A stretch of DNA of 64,000 nt from a virus. Positions 9,692 to 24,600 of the stretch are shown piece after piece (the first letter of the stretch is position 1; every line of letters starts with the position of its first letter). The stretch lies in IMG/VR virus record IMGVR_UViG_3300030098_005194, positions 38,397-102,396 of that record; one strand, given 5' to 3'. The position numbers and the translations under genes were made by a program. The notes beneath the pieces are model-generated. The model did not search any database. It was given only the letters and a program-made list of their open reading frames with translations, and was not told where the DNA came from.

Positions 9692-12600
9692 GGTGAGTCC
9701 CCGCTATGGTCATCAGTTCCGAATGTTACATCACCTTTGTGGCCTTTCGGATGGAGAGTTTGTGAAAATCTTGGTTTTACCGAGAAGTCACCAGCTCTCA
9801 CTGAATCAGCCCTGTGATGCTGTAAGGTGTTCTCAGACACCAATAATCTACCAACACCAGTTGTCAAATCGGTGTTGTCGAAGGAAGACTGCTCGCTTGT
9901 TTGTATTGTAGGGCCCTGTGAGCTTACAGTCCCGTAATCACTCGTGAACAAGACAACTGGGTAGTAAGGGCCGTTGGCATTCGGATTTGATGAGCCCACA
10001 TAGAAAGAAGAGCTAGCTGGATTGTCCACTTCGTAATTGAAGTAACCGTACTTGCCACCAGATGTGAAATTCAGATAGCCTAGTGTGTATTGAGGTGAGC
10101 TAGAGTGTAAATTGTCATTCAGTCTGTACATTTCCACATGTCTGTTGTCCAATTGTCTTATCGGTCTAATTAGGAATTTTACTGACTTATCGGTTCTGTT
10201 GTTTGGTTTTGTTGTGAGTTTTCTAGTGGCGTTTTGATATGGATTGGATGATTTTGTAGGGGAGGCAATGTTGTTCTTGCCCCAACCAGTGTCATCAAAA
10301 GAACCAGCGTAACTTCTGACTTCCAAGATGTAGGAGCCACCATACGGTCTGAATGAGTTTGTGTGTGAGAATCTCAAAATTCCAGAGGCTAACGAGCCAT
10401 CAGACTGCCTAGAGAAAGACGTTGGTATGTCTATATTAGCTGCAGTTCTGGCATCTCTTTGTAGTGATGCACTCAAAGACACTCTCTGTCCCATGTTACG
10501 GTCAGTGTGGAGGCTGTGTGCCTCTGTTGTGATGGCTACGTGATTCTCCTCCAATCCGTCATACAAGGGGGCGTCTATGCCTATTCTTGGGCTGGTCCTG
10601 CTTATTGGCTCCAGATGCTTGCTAGAGCCTACTATGGTGTCTGTTCTGCCTCCCACGTTAGCCTCTGGCTTGAGAAGCCCATCCTCTGAGATTGATAGCT
10701 TTGAGCTTATGCCACGCTTTATCTCATCGGCTTGCAGTACATCGTTACGGGGTCTTGTGAAACCAGCGCCAAGAGTTGGCTCACTAGTGTTGGAACTGAG
10801 GACTACACCAGTTTTTTCATCTGTAACTGAGACATCAGTGAAAATGCATTCGTTGAAGGATGTGGGGTATCTAGAACCCCTCCCGTTGCCCATGCAACCC
10901 ACCCTGAGTGAATGTACAGGGGAGAATACGTCCACTAGGTCATTGTTACTACCGTTTAGATTGGAGTCGTTTTGTGTGCCTCCAAATCTAGGAACGGTAA
11001 AATCTGCTGTAACACTTACATTTCCACTGGAATCAATTACGTTTTTGACATTGAAAAGTGGTTTACCACCATTCCAGATTCTATCGAACGGGGTATTGCT
11101 ACCCATCTTGTACGCATTGCCGCAGTCCCATGCTGGTCTGATACCGAATCCACGCACTGGGGCACGCCTTACGTCCTCTCCACGCTCATTACCCCACCAA
11201 TCTACCAAATAGTATTGAGATGCCTCAGATAGCTCTGTAATGCCCTTTGGCTCACTATCGCCCCACCAGTCCCTTTGCACAGTTATAGACTCCGACGTAT
11301 CAGTGGCAGGGTTTCTAAGCGTGCGTAACGGTGTACCGAAAGGCCGTGTCATCCTTCTTCCTTGTGCGTAACGCACCTGATGGCCAGCTATGTCGTTGTT
11401 CAGCATACCAGTGAAATTCGTGCTTCTCTCCAGTATGCCCGTGTAAGTGAGTGGTATGCTTCCATGGCTCTCCATCTGGATTATTGGGCCAGAATCGTAG
11501 TTTGTGGTGTTAAAAGCGCTACCAGAGGCGGTTCCCTCATAGACAGCGCGAGCTGGGAGAAGACCCCATCTGGGTCTGTTGTAGGCTTGCCGTACAGCGA
11601 TACGGTATCCAAAGGCTCTTCTCTTTGTATCTGAGGTGGACGAGCTGATTCCGCTAGAAACAGAGTAACTACCGTCATCGTCGTCATCTACCCAATTTAA
11701 GCCCATTTGGTCATAATCACCCGGTTTGCTCCAAGAAGCAGAAGCTATTGTGTATTCCTCCAAACTACTGGCTTGGGGGCCGCCCCTGCTACCACAAGGC
11801 CAGTATCTGTTGTATAGGACACTTCCAAACTCGCTACCAGATGCACCTCCAGCATCATTGTTAGCATCAACAGTATGTACACCACCCGTTGCATCAGTAG
11901 TTCTTTGTGCTTTTACTTTGAGTGAAAAAGGACCTAGACTCATTGCATATGTAGCAGAGTGATAATGTATAGTTTCATAATGCTCAGGTAGTGCATTATA
12001 CCTGTCAGCATCAACAGGTTCTGCATTCCAAGCACGACTAGTGCTTTCTGAAAATATAGTATATGGCCTACCTAGATTCTCATGCCATAAACATAGGAAT
12101 GCATCTGGTGGATTTAGGTTGTTAGTATCTCTAGTACCTAATTTAATATCATCTAAATTAGTTGCGAATATGCTTTTTGTCCTATCCTTAGCATAAGTAT
12201 TCTCAGATATTGTATTGTATGTGCTTGAAAGTGTAATCTCAGCACCGTCAAATATATTGTTTAGGAAGTTGGTACTAGTTGCAGTGCTTGGTAAGGTGAA
12301 TATAGTTGGTATATTTATCTCAGATGCACTAAATCCACTACGTGATGTATATGGTGCAGAATACGTTTTTCCGTCCTTTCCGGTGTATTGTAGGTGCTTT
12401 CCGAATCTAGGTAGACTAGGGAAACTACTTGCATTGTCAACTGTTATTTTTCTCGTACTTGTATTGAATGATTGTACTATACATGTAGGTATATTAGATG
12501 TATTTTGAAGTATATGTGAGTATATGTCGGGGTATATTGTAGGGTATCCTTGCATAGTTAGTGTATTTCCTATACTTCCATATGTACTTCTAGAATGTGA

Positions 12601-15600
12601 ATAGTAATTATGAGGCGCACTTTGTGCTAATCCTCTGAAGCCCTCATCATTTGATAAGTCATCACTAGCTATATCTGCGAATAAAACACTCCACCAAGGT
12701 ACATTCAAAGTAACTCCGGGTGTTGAATCTGAAAACATTGGTGAGTAAGGGAATCCCCTTCTTGAAAAGGAAGGACTCTCATTCAAATTTACACCATATG
12801 GGTTGTACAAAAGTAGTTTTGGTATATTTGTAAATTGACTTCCGAAATCAGGATTGATGTCCAGCATCATTTCGTTTATCATTACTTCACACCCTCTGAC
12901 ATCGGCTTCAGTAGAGCGAGCCAATACTAGTGTCATAGCACCAGTGTTGGATTCATCATGCTTTATTCCGATGACCGTATTGACTTGTTGAGCTGTTAAT
13001 GCATAGGTTGTGTCATCTGCGCCGCCTAGTTGATTGCTGAAAAGATTGGGCTGTATGACAATTTGGTACGCCCCCACTTCAGCCGGGTCTGGGAAGTGAT
13101 TTGCTAGCGTGTAGCTGGAGGCAGCCTGTAACGTGATACTGTGTCCACCTGCCTTGTTTATCGTACCAGCATCCCCCTGACTACCCAAAACCCCGTAACC
13201 GTCCCATTTTACAGCAGTTTCAAACATTAATGTGAAAGCACCACCGTGTAAGTCCGAAGGACCGCTAGGTGCAGCGTTTATCGCACTGAAGTTTATTTCT
13301 GCTTCCATTGGGTTTATGCTGTTTCCTATCGATAAGTCATCTTTTGTTGGTACGTTCTCAGCGCTGGCTTTTATTGCGTCCGACAAAATTTTTCCATCCA
13401 TTGTCTGTCTTAGCATGTTTTGCTCGGCTCTGTGTTTTTTGTACAGGGACTGGTACACTGGGTGAGCCCAATGGCCCGGTAGCATGGGTTGGGTTGCATT
13501 CACGTAATGATGGCCCATTCTTGGATATGGCATGGGTGTCATTACGGGTTTTGTGTATCTGTCGTAAGCGTTTGTCACACTAGTGATGTACTCAGTATGT
13601 GCCATATCAGGGGAGTTTCCGCTTACTTCAGCATGGTCACGTAGTCTTCTTGCTGCGAAGAATCTGTTGCTTCCTGCGGGTATGTAAAAAGATGGCACTA
13701 GAAGCAATGTGTCTGACGTAGCAGCTAGAGTTGTGAAATTTGCATCAGCCTTTACACCCGTGAAAGTGCTACCAGAAATGCCTGTATAGGTAGCTACACC
13801 GCTTTCTCCGGTAGTGGGATTGTACAATCTCATGTACCTTCTATCATCATTTTCTTCCCTTGAGCCAAAGTCTCTGGTTTCTTTGAATGTCAAAGTACCA
13901 TTAGTCACGCTACCCCCAGTAGTAGCTGCGCTTAACTCAAAGGAAGTGCTGTTCGATATGCTGGATATTATTGCGCCTGTTGGTATGCCTGTACCAGAAA
14001 CTTGCATTCCTATAACTAGGGAGGCAGTGCTATCTATCGATACACTGGTAGAGTTATTGTAATCACATGTGGCGTCCGTGAAAGTTCTCTTCCAGACATG
14101 TACGTTTGGAGCGGCGTTTACAGTGACAACTCCACTGGAGAAAGAAACGAATGTCAGAGTTTGTGTCTCTACGTCATTTGCAGCAGAGTTGGAACCAGTA
14201 GTGTACACGTTTGGATACCTGTGTGTGCTACTATGTCCCATCTTCGTAACATGGAAGAAAAGCGCCCTATCGTGCAATTCATACGAGTTTTTGAGAGTAG
14301 CAACATCCAAACCGCCTACCTTTGATTTTTCGTTAACTGGGTCGTAATGCTCCCATCCAACCTCCTCGTAAGTGGGATGTCCCTGCCCAATGCCGTATGT
14401 GGTATCATAGAAGCTACTCAGCCTAGTTGAGTTATCACCGGGGTGTTGCATGCCACCAGAACCAAAAGTCTCGTTTTGATACGCCTGTATGGGGTCAAAA
14501 CCAGAACGAACCACTAAGTTGCCCGGTATGCTATCCGGATTTGGCAGTTGTACCGCTAGTCTTGGTTTGAGTCCAGAATTAGCTAAAGCAGGTCCCGTCT
14601 TATTTTCTGTTACATTACTGAAGACACCAAGACCAGCATCGAACACGGTCGTTGTTTCTTGTGAAGTAAATTGACTGAGATTGAAAGTTCTGATGATTGT
14701 ACCAAGCGGGCTTCCTCCTTCTATGACATGCTCTTGCCCAGCATCGTCAACAACCAAAATTTCCTCAAATTGAATTTCTTCATTTGGAATTTGTAAAATA
14801 TTTTTTACATTGAAAATATTTTTTTCTGAGAGCTGTGGTTGGGAAATTTCTTGTGCTTGTAACACTGGCATCATAGCAGAATTGGTTGTTTCAAACGAAA
14901 AACGCACATTTCCATAAATTTTTTCTCCAGTCAAATATTTTGTATTGCTTTTTACACGGGTCACGAAAGGCACTGCACCAAGCCCTCTAGCATCCAAAGT
15001 AGGTAGACTTAGGTTACCTCCATCCATTCTTTTCCAAACAATATTTTCTACAGAAAAATTCTTTGCTGCAAATTTTTTCTGAGTTTGGAAACCATTTACA
15101 TCAGACAACCAATACTGATTTGAGAAGCCTGTTTCAGCCGTGTAAGCAGTGCCAGAATATTTGTCTTCAGCCACATTTCTTTCTGCTTCACCAGATTGTA
15201 GATTGAATGAACCGGGAGAGAAATCCAAGTCGTGTATCAAATCACCAGTCTTTGCTCTGTCTGGCGTGGCGTTGGAAAGTTTGGTATCTGAAGAAGGAGC
15301 GCTATGCATGTACTTGTAAGCAGGAGTCCCTCCAGTTGGGAACAAGTCATCAATCCAATTGGCATCTATGGTATCCACTGGAACTGTTGTGCCATCGGCA
15401 ATCAGAGCCTCTACGTTTGGCCCAGCATTTGCTGGCGCTGTGTATCTATCCTGACCGTGAATCCTATCGTCCCATATCGTAGTGCCAGAATCAGAGATGT
15501 CCTCCTCCTGTCTCAAATACAGCCAATCCCCAACAGCGCTTGTACCGTCCCTGTCTCTTTTTGCCACAAGTGCTAGCTCGCTTTCATAAGAAACAACTAG

Positions 15601-18600
15601 GAAAGCAGATGTGTAGACTCCTTGTGATTTTTGTAGCTCGTCGGGTAAAATGCTAGTGTTTGATGTATTTGCGTGCGACATCACATAATTTGTTGGGTCG
15701 GAAAAGAGATTGTTCGGTGCAGCGTCTTCTGCATCTTTGTAGTTGTAACTTCTACCGTATGACGAAAATGTGTTATTAGAATAGATACTATCAATGTATC
15801 CTTTTTGATTTGTAGCACTTTGCCCACCGTCTATGACTGGTGTGCTTTCGGGACTTCCGAACAGTGGTGCAATGAGAGGGAGCTGTCCATACGTATTCAT
15901 CACAGTGCCAGCCGACCCATATGGAGAGAAATTCAGGAAGGGGTGGTACGCCCCTAAACCAGCAGCATAACCAGTGGTATTCGTAGTGGTGGTATTTTTT
16001 GTGACACTGGTTGTAATCTTGAGACTGTTGAGATAGGAGTACCTTTCGCCATGCCATCCAACAGCTCCCACTGGTTTTGTTCTATCTACAGCATCCACTA
16101 TGCCTGAGAAGTGAACTTGTGTCATATGCTCACGACCACTACCACTCTCGTTGTCGTATCTAATGACCCCGCTCTTGGACCACACATAGAGGTTCTTTGA
16201 TGAGGAAGGTGTGACGCCACCGTTGTCGTGCAAGAAATTTGCGTCAGGAGATGAGGCGTTTTCTTTTCTGTTGGGGGCAAGATAGAATCTTGCTTTGAAA
16301 TCCGTTCCACTCAATATTATCTGCTTCATGAAATAACATGCATATGAAGCAGCATTGGTTGTGGAACTATTATCGATGTCACCCCTAATCCAACCTGAAG
16401 CTGGTAGGTTCTCAAGAAGGTCCCTATTGCTTGTGGCAACGCTTTCTATGTAGTACGGATGACTGCTGTTTTGGTATGTACCTGTTGCTGCGCCTATGTC
16501 TATCCAGCCGTATCTGTCTTGTCTCATTGCATTCCCCATGGAAGGCATATGTGTGCCTCCTATTGCCTTCAAAGCGCCTTTTCCGGGGAATGTGTTTATT
16601 GCTGCACCTAGTACGGTGGCAAGCTCCTCTCCATTCTGACAACGTGTAGCATCTACTGCTATGTATTCCATATCGGTGTCTTTGTCGGCTATCGTCGTAC
16701 TACCAGTGACAATGCTCTTCAACATCGCTCCAGCCACACGGAAAGCAGTTGGATTGATTTTGCTATATCCACTAACAGATATTCTAGCGTCATTTTTTGG
16801 TGGGTTGAAAGTCAGTTGGTCATCTAACCAAGAACCACCGGGATGGAAGCCACCGTCCATGTGGAACACGGTGTCTGCTGCCATTGCTATACCGAAGCCA
16901 ATGAAGGGAGTATGCCTGAGTGGTTGTGTTCTGTCATCAAAAGTAGACTCATCCCAAATCATCTGGCCGTACATTCTACCGTGTGAGGGCCTCTGTTTGT
17001 ATGTACGTCCCAAGGGATAGCCAGCGGGTGATTCCCAGTTCACCATAGCACGCCAATGATAAGCAGCATTTGCTAGATACTCTGTTTTATCGGGTGGCAG
17101 GTAATCCCTATCCTCGTTGTTTATGTGATTGTGGAAGGCTTTAGTCATCAAAGGAACCTTTGAGAATGAGTTACCAGTGGTAATCACACGACCCGGATGT
17201 GGTTCTTTTGGATTCGATACTGATGTCTCCTCCCTTATTGGGAATGCCTGACCGGGACCAAAAACAAGGTAAGTCGTCTTATTGTCCACTCCATTCACAT
17301 GGTCGTCATACCTTGCTGTCGGATGAGGGAACCTCAATACCAAAGGCACTGCTTTTGCCTTGACTACACCAGCGGCATAAGTCGTACCGCCCATATCCAA
17401 ATCAGTGCTTAACACGTTATCCTTGTTGAAAAATGGAGGTAGAGCGCTCGCTCTGTGCTGATTGAGCAGAGCTGTACCGGGGAAGAAAGCTAATATGGCA
17501 TTGCAGTCCAACATTGCGAAGCTAGTGGATATCTCGTTGGCGTTTTGAATCCCCGCTGTACCAGTGGGCCCGTTAGCGTAAGGGTGGGTGTAGAACTGCG
17601 AGTAGTCATTGTTGCTACCATCATTCACATCCATGACAACGCCACTGAATCCGCCACCGAAGAATAGTGGTACGCTGTGGTCGGGACTAGACTTACCGCC
17701 TCTGAAGAGGACTATTGGTTCTGAGAAGACGCTTCCTATGGAGCGTATGCCAGCGAATTTTCTCTCTAAGTGCAGATGTAAAAACTCGTCTTGTGCGGGT
17801 CTTGTACTGGGCCAATTTACCTCAGTATCAGAAAACCATTTCATACTATTGTTAGAAGCGAAACTAGCGCTGTCATTCACACTTTCAACCACAGCGTACT
17901 TCTCATTATCGAGATAGACGACTGCTTTCTGACCTATCGAACGAGAAGCATCGCCACTGACAAAACTGCTAGCTGGTATTAGGAAATGATATGCGTTTGT
18001 GACAGTTTTGAATTGATTATTAGTGGCCCAATTTGAATCAGTAAACTCGCTTCTGTCAATTTGTAGAATAGGATTGTCTATCTTTGGGATTATGTGGTCG
18101 CCTGATACGGAAGTGTAGGACTCACCAGTGAGATTCTTTCTCCATGCTACAGTAGAAACTGGGTTATTATCGCTATCTACGAACACAGGTGTGGCTGTGT
18201 TGGTGTTTGGACCGACTCCCTTCGTTCTTATTTCCAACAGAGTTTTTGGTATGTAACCACAATCTATTCTCATACCAGCGTCTATCTCAGCATCCGTGAA
18301 TGCATCATTAGTACCAAAGTCCCACACACCATCAGCCGTCAACTCAGCTTTCTGTATCTCACCAAACTCCAGATGTGCCGCTTGTATCCCCAAGTCTGGT
18401 GCGACTACGGCACTAAATAGCTTTGAAAGTGGCGTGACGTTCCTCTCTGTATTGAAAGCAACAATCTGTATGGCATCGGGTGTAACGCCCCACTCACCGA
18501 AGGTTCTACCATCAGCGGCGTACATGGAAGTGCAATCGAAGAAAGTAACGCTATTCGCATCTTCCTTGTTTATTGCAGCCGCCGTAACAGCGCTCATCAA

Positions 18601-21600
18601 CTCATCAGTAACTAAGCAACTCCAGTTGATGGTTGGAGATACTAGCTTAATATCAGTTCCAGATGTAGCTGGCGCATTTTGTACGTTGTAGAAGGTATTT
18701 CCATCCCTTCTCTCATATGATACCACCCTTCCAACTTCGTCATCTTGGGAAGTTACGGCATCGGTCATTTGTAACACACCATTCTCAAGTGGGAAGCCGA
18801 GATACCCTAAGATGTCAGGATGGGGATGAGTGAAAGTAAGAGTACCGTTAGTTACTGAACCGCCTGTAGTAGATGCACTCAACTCAAAAGTAGTGGCATT
18901 CGTTATGCTAGATACAGTAGCACCAGTGGGTATACCTGTTCCCGACACAGCCATGCCCGGTACTAGAAATGCGGTACTATCCATGGTTATGGTCGGGTCA
19001 TTGTTGTAATCGCACGTAGCATCAGTGAAGCGGTATGGTGCGCTCAAAGTAGCAGTGAAACTGGTTGATGCGAAAGCCAAAGACATCCTCACTGCAATCT
19101 CAGGCGCTGGCTTCGCATTCCAACGAGCGCCTCTCCAACTCTGGTCAGTGAATGAGCTAACTAACCTACCAGTGGCGTCACCAGAACCCATCATCGAGGT
19201 ACCAATCGTAAAACCACCTTGAGAGGAGGACCTGTCATCGAAGAAGACGCATATCTCATCTTGTAGGGTATCAGGAGTCTTGGTGTTGGTATTGGCGAAG
19301 ACCTGTCCCCTTCTGCTGTAGATGAATCTGATACCATGCTCACCACCCAGATGGTCCCTAAGTCTGAAGCCGTAGAGCTGTCCTTTCCCTATGTTCTCCT
19401 CGTCAAGCATATTGGCTGATATGTGTGAAGAGTATGTTCTTGTTGTGCTTGAGCTACCATACCTAGCGTTGTAAGTCGATTCGCCATTCTTGCCAAAGCC
19501 CCAAGTTCCGGCCACTGGAGCCCAACCGGGAACACCAGTTGCCACCAGACCACCGAAGTTTATTCTTGATATCGCTCTCTTCCCAATCCTCAGACCGTTG
19601 ACCAGAGTTGAGGTGCTGCCCTCCAAGTCAAAGGAGTCCCTGTTGATGCTGTTGTGATTCTTACCGCTTATGACATCAGAGATAGACATGAAATCGGTCT
19701 TTTCCTCCGTACCAATGTCAGCTACTGATACTACGTCTTCTCCACTCTCATCGCTGTCAATGTACTGCTTGAGCGTGGTGATTGGGGCGAATGGCCTACC
19801 GTTCTTGTCAAGAGGCATGGGAGCAGGATGCATGTTCTCACCCTCCCTCTCGTCTGGAAGGGCCCAGAAATTCCTCCACCTACCACCGTGTCCTATCAGG
19901 AACTCTGGTTTGTACGTAGTCTGAGATGTGCTGTTGTCCAGCCAGACGCAGAAGTTTCTACCTGATGCGCCGGGAACTGTGCTGTGAATCACTATGGTGT
20001 GACCGATATTACCATCAGCATCCTCAACTTCTCTTCCCAAGTGTGCCCTTAGATAGCCCATGTGAGTGCCAGAGTCTGTGCTTGTGAAAGCTTGGTTGAC
20101 ATCCCACCACACAGCAGGGTCGTGCGCTGAACCACCACCGACTATGGCTGTTGAAGTAACATTCAAACCAGCATCAAAAACTTCTACAGTCTTACCCATT
20201 CTAGCATTCAAAGCACCATACTGATTGATTTTTCTGACTATTTCAGTGACACCTGAAAGCACATCAACAACGCCTTCCTTCTCTGCTATCTCACCTGCGT
20301 CTATTGTGAGTCTTCTGACGAAATCCATGTCAGTCCATTGTGGTAGGTGTTTGATGCCTCTTAGCCCACTGCTCTGGTTAGCCTCTGCGTGACTGCTTAA
20401 GTCTAGTGAGCTAGAGCGAATGCCCTTGAGACAGAGGAAGGCTGGTATGACACGAGTGCCATCTGGTGTATCGAAGAACGTGGATGGGTCACGTAGTGAT
20501 TTGCCTGATACCTCTCTGAACTTAACCAACGAGTCAATAAAGCTCCTAGCGCTTTTTCTTGATAGGGAATGCCTGTCGATGGCTCTGTTCAGCGTAGTTA
20601 CACTTTCCTGTGTTCTAGGAGGCGTGCTGAATGAGTAGGATTGATTCGATGCTGCACCATTTATGCTGAAGCCTACGTGAACGTGGTGACCATGTGCCTT
20701 ACCAAACAATCTGGAGTAATTATTTATTCTAGCGTTGTTAGTTCTAGTAAATGTCAGTGTCGTATTCGTGTTAGTAGCTGTGGTATCATGACTTAAAGTG
20801 AACACGGTAGAACTATTGATAGCACTTATTGTTGCACCGCTAGGAATACCAGTGCCAGAAACTCCCATTCCTATTGATAAAAGTGATGTGCTGTCCATCG
20901 TAATATGTCTAACACTAGTCGTTGAACCATCACTAAGACCGCTAGTGTGATTAGTATCACAAGTGGCGTCAGTAAAAACGTCAGAATAGACAGTTTGACC
21001 TGTGAGGTCATCGCTCTGCTTGTTGGCTAAGTCATGTGCATATGCGCTCTCTATGAACTTGGATTGCTGTGTTGAGCGAATGTACCTGTTTTGAGAGGGG
21101 AAGCCATTAGCTACGTCTATCTGTGTGGTCCAAGCATATGGAGCGGCACCGTTAGTAGCTGGGAGGCTAACAGCCAAGTCCGTCATAGTCGTGTCAGTGT
21201 TTTCTACTACATGTCTGTTCCAACCTATGTGAGTAGCATCAGCCGATGACTGAACCTGCATGTGAATGTCTTGGAATGCAATGAACTCCCTGTCATGTAC
21301 AACATCATAGAGCAAGACCCTAGCATGTCCCTCATTGGCTAGGTATGGGTCTACGTATGCCACAGTGGGTGCTAGAGAAGCAGATAGACCAAGAGACACA
21401 TAGTTCTCCTCAATCGTTCTGTTGACGTGTTGAGCGTAGTTTCTGGCAGTCTCAAGGGCGTTAGCACCTATCAGGAAGTTCTCCAATGGTATGCTGTCTC
21501 TGGGGTTGCTAGCGGCTAAAGTTCCCTCCCCACCATTGAACTCGCTCCAGACCTCACCCTCGTTGTAGACACCCCTGCTCTTGGCAAAGAGTCCCTCAAC

Positions 21601-24600
21601 GGCATGTGGATTGTTGTAGGACATATTGGCCCAGATAGTGTCGCCATCCCTTAGCCCTCCCGGTGCATATGGATTCAACCAAGTAGCGTTTAGGACCGCA
21701 TCTACATCTTTGAAGTCATTGACTAAGACCCCAATCTGAGCCCCACCATCGGCGGCTAGTTGAGTTGTCACGGTGCTATGAAGATTGGTTGTGTCAATCT
21801 CAAACTTGAGTGCGTTGGTATCGGCTATATGCTCAGTTACGGTTCCTAAGAATCCTACTCTGACATCACCTAGACCATCTGCGTACTTGTAGAATATCTT
21901 GTCGTCCTTTCGCACGTTGAAATCAAACAGGTCATTCACACTGTTCGTTCCAGTGACTGTTAGCGTAGTTCCACCACCACCTGAAACCGAGGAGGCAAAA
22001 ACAGCGCCGAAGTAAATGTTGTTCAGAAGCTCCCTGTACAGAGGGTCTACAGTGCTTAGAGCAGGTGGTATGTTATTGGTGAAAGAACCACCAGCATAAG
22101 CGGCTATGTACTCATCATACATTATTCTCCTAGTCCTCTGCTTGAGAACAACCTCAGAGCCAATCAAATCACTAGGCGTGAAGTAACTGCCCGTCTTCTC
22201 GTAATGTGCTATGACTATCGCTGAGTTAGGTATGGCAGTGTTACTACTAGTGCCAGATATTTCATCAAGATGGCCGTAGTAGTGAAACCTGTATTCAGTG
22301 CCATTCACATCCACTACAGCTTCATACAATAGACTGCCTATTGTACCCCCGCTCGCTGTATTAGAATTGCGGCTACCAAGATTAGGAAAGCGAGCAAAGT
22401 CCTCTTCAGAAAGTGATACAACATACGTGTGACCTCCTTCAGCATTGTCTCTTTGTATATCAATTCCAACAATCTCTCCCTTTGCCCTCTTAGGTTCAAC
22501 ACGAGGAGCATGCGGATTGGTTTCGGGACCACTCTTGAAAGAAACAGCGCTGACGTACTGCCTGAGTCCGTAGTCAACATTCCCACCTTGCGTCATTGCG
22601 CTGGCTTGGTCATAATAATACTCACCTCTATTCTCAAAGTCAGATGACGGAGTGTAGACATCTGAGGCCATTGCCGTAGCTGTGTCATCATGTAGTCCAA
22701 CAAGCAGGGGTAGTCTTTCAGAGCGCCTGAGTTCATTGAGGAAATTAGTCGAAAACACATATGACAAGTTGGCTGGTACAGTCAAATAGTTGTTAGAAGT
22801 ATCAACTGCGCTGTACACTACCCACTCGCCACTACTCAAGAATGCCCTTCTGTATCTTGGCACCGATGTCAGATTCTTGAAAGAACCACTAGCCGATGGC
22901 GCTGGATACTTCGATGCATCCTCAACGTATATCCTTCTGTTGGAAGAATCCCATTTCACTATTCTGCTGTAAGGCACATGCTCGCCCTTAGCTATGGAGA
23001 TTGAGTAAGCCGAGTTAGCCTCCCTGTCTGCTGGCTCGATGCCCTTTGGTCTTCTACCCACAGGGCTAGGATTGTAGGTATGTGCCGTGTGAGTGGCGTC
23101 GAGATGAATCTTGAAGGCATTGCCGGGTCCAACGAATGTACCACTATCTGGATTATTGAAGAACTGGTTTGAGAAGAATGGTATCTCAACAAGTGCCCTA
23201 GTGCTGGCATACTGAGTACCAAGCTGATAGTCATGTGAGATATCACTGAGGGACTGGAACATTCTGTCATTCACGTTTGTGCCGTTGTCTATCATTGATT
23301 CATCGCCAAAGTCAGGTTCACTGAAGAGAGTGACGTTGAAAGCAAACACACCAGTAATTCCAGTAGCGGAATTGGTTGTTGCTCCTATGTTTTTCAACAA
23401 AGGTAGAATACCAGTGAACTCGTTCCCATCAGATGTGATGAAGTCCCCACTACCAGCAGTAGCATTGGAAAAAGTGAATGTAGTCAAGCTTCTTGAGTCG
23501 TATTTGGCGCTACTGCCATCAGCAAAGTAAACCCTACCAGAATTAGGAAAACCAAAGGTACCCCAGCTCTTCATATCAGATGATTGATTATTAAGCGGTT
23601 GCACTGTAATGATAAAAGCCCCACTTGAGTGATTGTAGTCAAATTGCTTTGTAGCAACAGCATACGCCCTCCTAGTTGAGAAGGGCTTGTGACTGAAGGG
23701 ACTCTTGGTGAAAGTGGGTTTGGTATCCACGCCTCCTTGACCCGGCCCTCCAAGAGTGACGGAAACAACAGGAGCATTAGGCTCAATCTCCTTGACCACG
23801 TTGGAATCAGGGCTACCTGAGCTAATCGCTGAGATGTTTCTACTGCCAATGTTGTTCTGCAAGCCCCAACACTCAACAGTGGTGTAGCTTCTACCCTCTA
23901 CGTTATCCTCCTCTAATACACCTTTCACCTTAGCACGGGACATCATGTAATGAATTGACACTTCATTTGGTGTTCCCTTGGTATTGAGTGCATCCTGAGC
24001 GTAGTGCAACTGGTTGGTTCTAGCCCTGTCGCTTGGATGTATTATCAATCTCATATTGGAGTCAACTGTGGTTATCTCCACATTGTCTATGATGTCAAAG
24101 GACTCGTATATGGGCGAGTTAGAGGAAGTAACCAATACATCTGGTTCACCTGCGTTAGTTCCAGATGATACGACATCCATTCTCTGAAAATCAGAAAAGT
24201 CAACTAGGTCCTTCTCTGATGGCAAAGGGTCAAAGAAGAGTTTGTGGAATGAGGACTCGTGTGTAGTGGTCTTACTGGTGGAATCCTCTATCACACTAGG
24301 TGTGGTGTTTGTGTTAGTATCAGAGGCATATGGGGTATAACCACTACCGGGTGTTAACGACTCGTCTAGAGTCAAATCGGCATCAAAGCCTTCACTGTTA
24401 TCGCCTGAGAGGGAATGTGGGTTCAAAAGCTCCTGCTTGTGCGTGAAATCATCTGTGTTAATGTCTATGTATCCACCGGGTGCATGCAATGTCAAACCAA
24501 CTCTAGTGAATGTCAATGTGGTATTCGTGTTAGTGGCCGTTGTGTTCTGACTGAGTGTAAATGTAGTGGAGTTATTGATAGCACTCACAGATGCGCCCGA

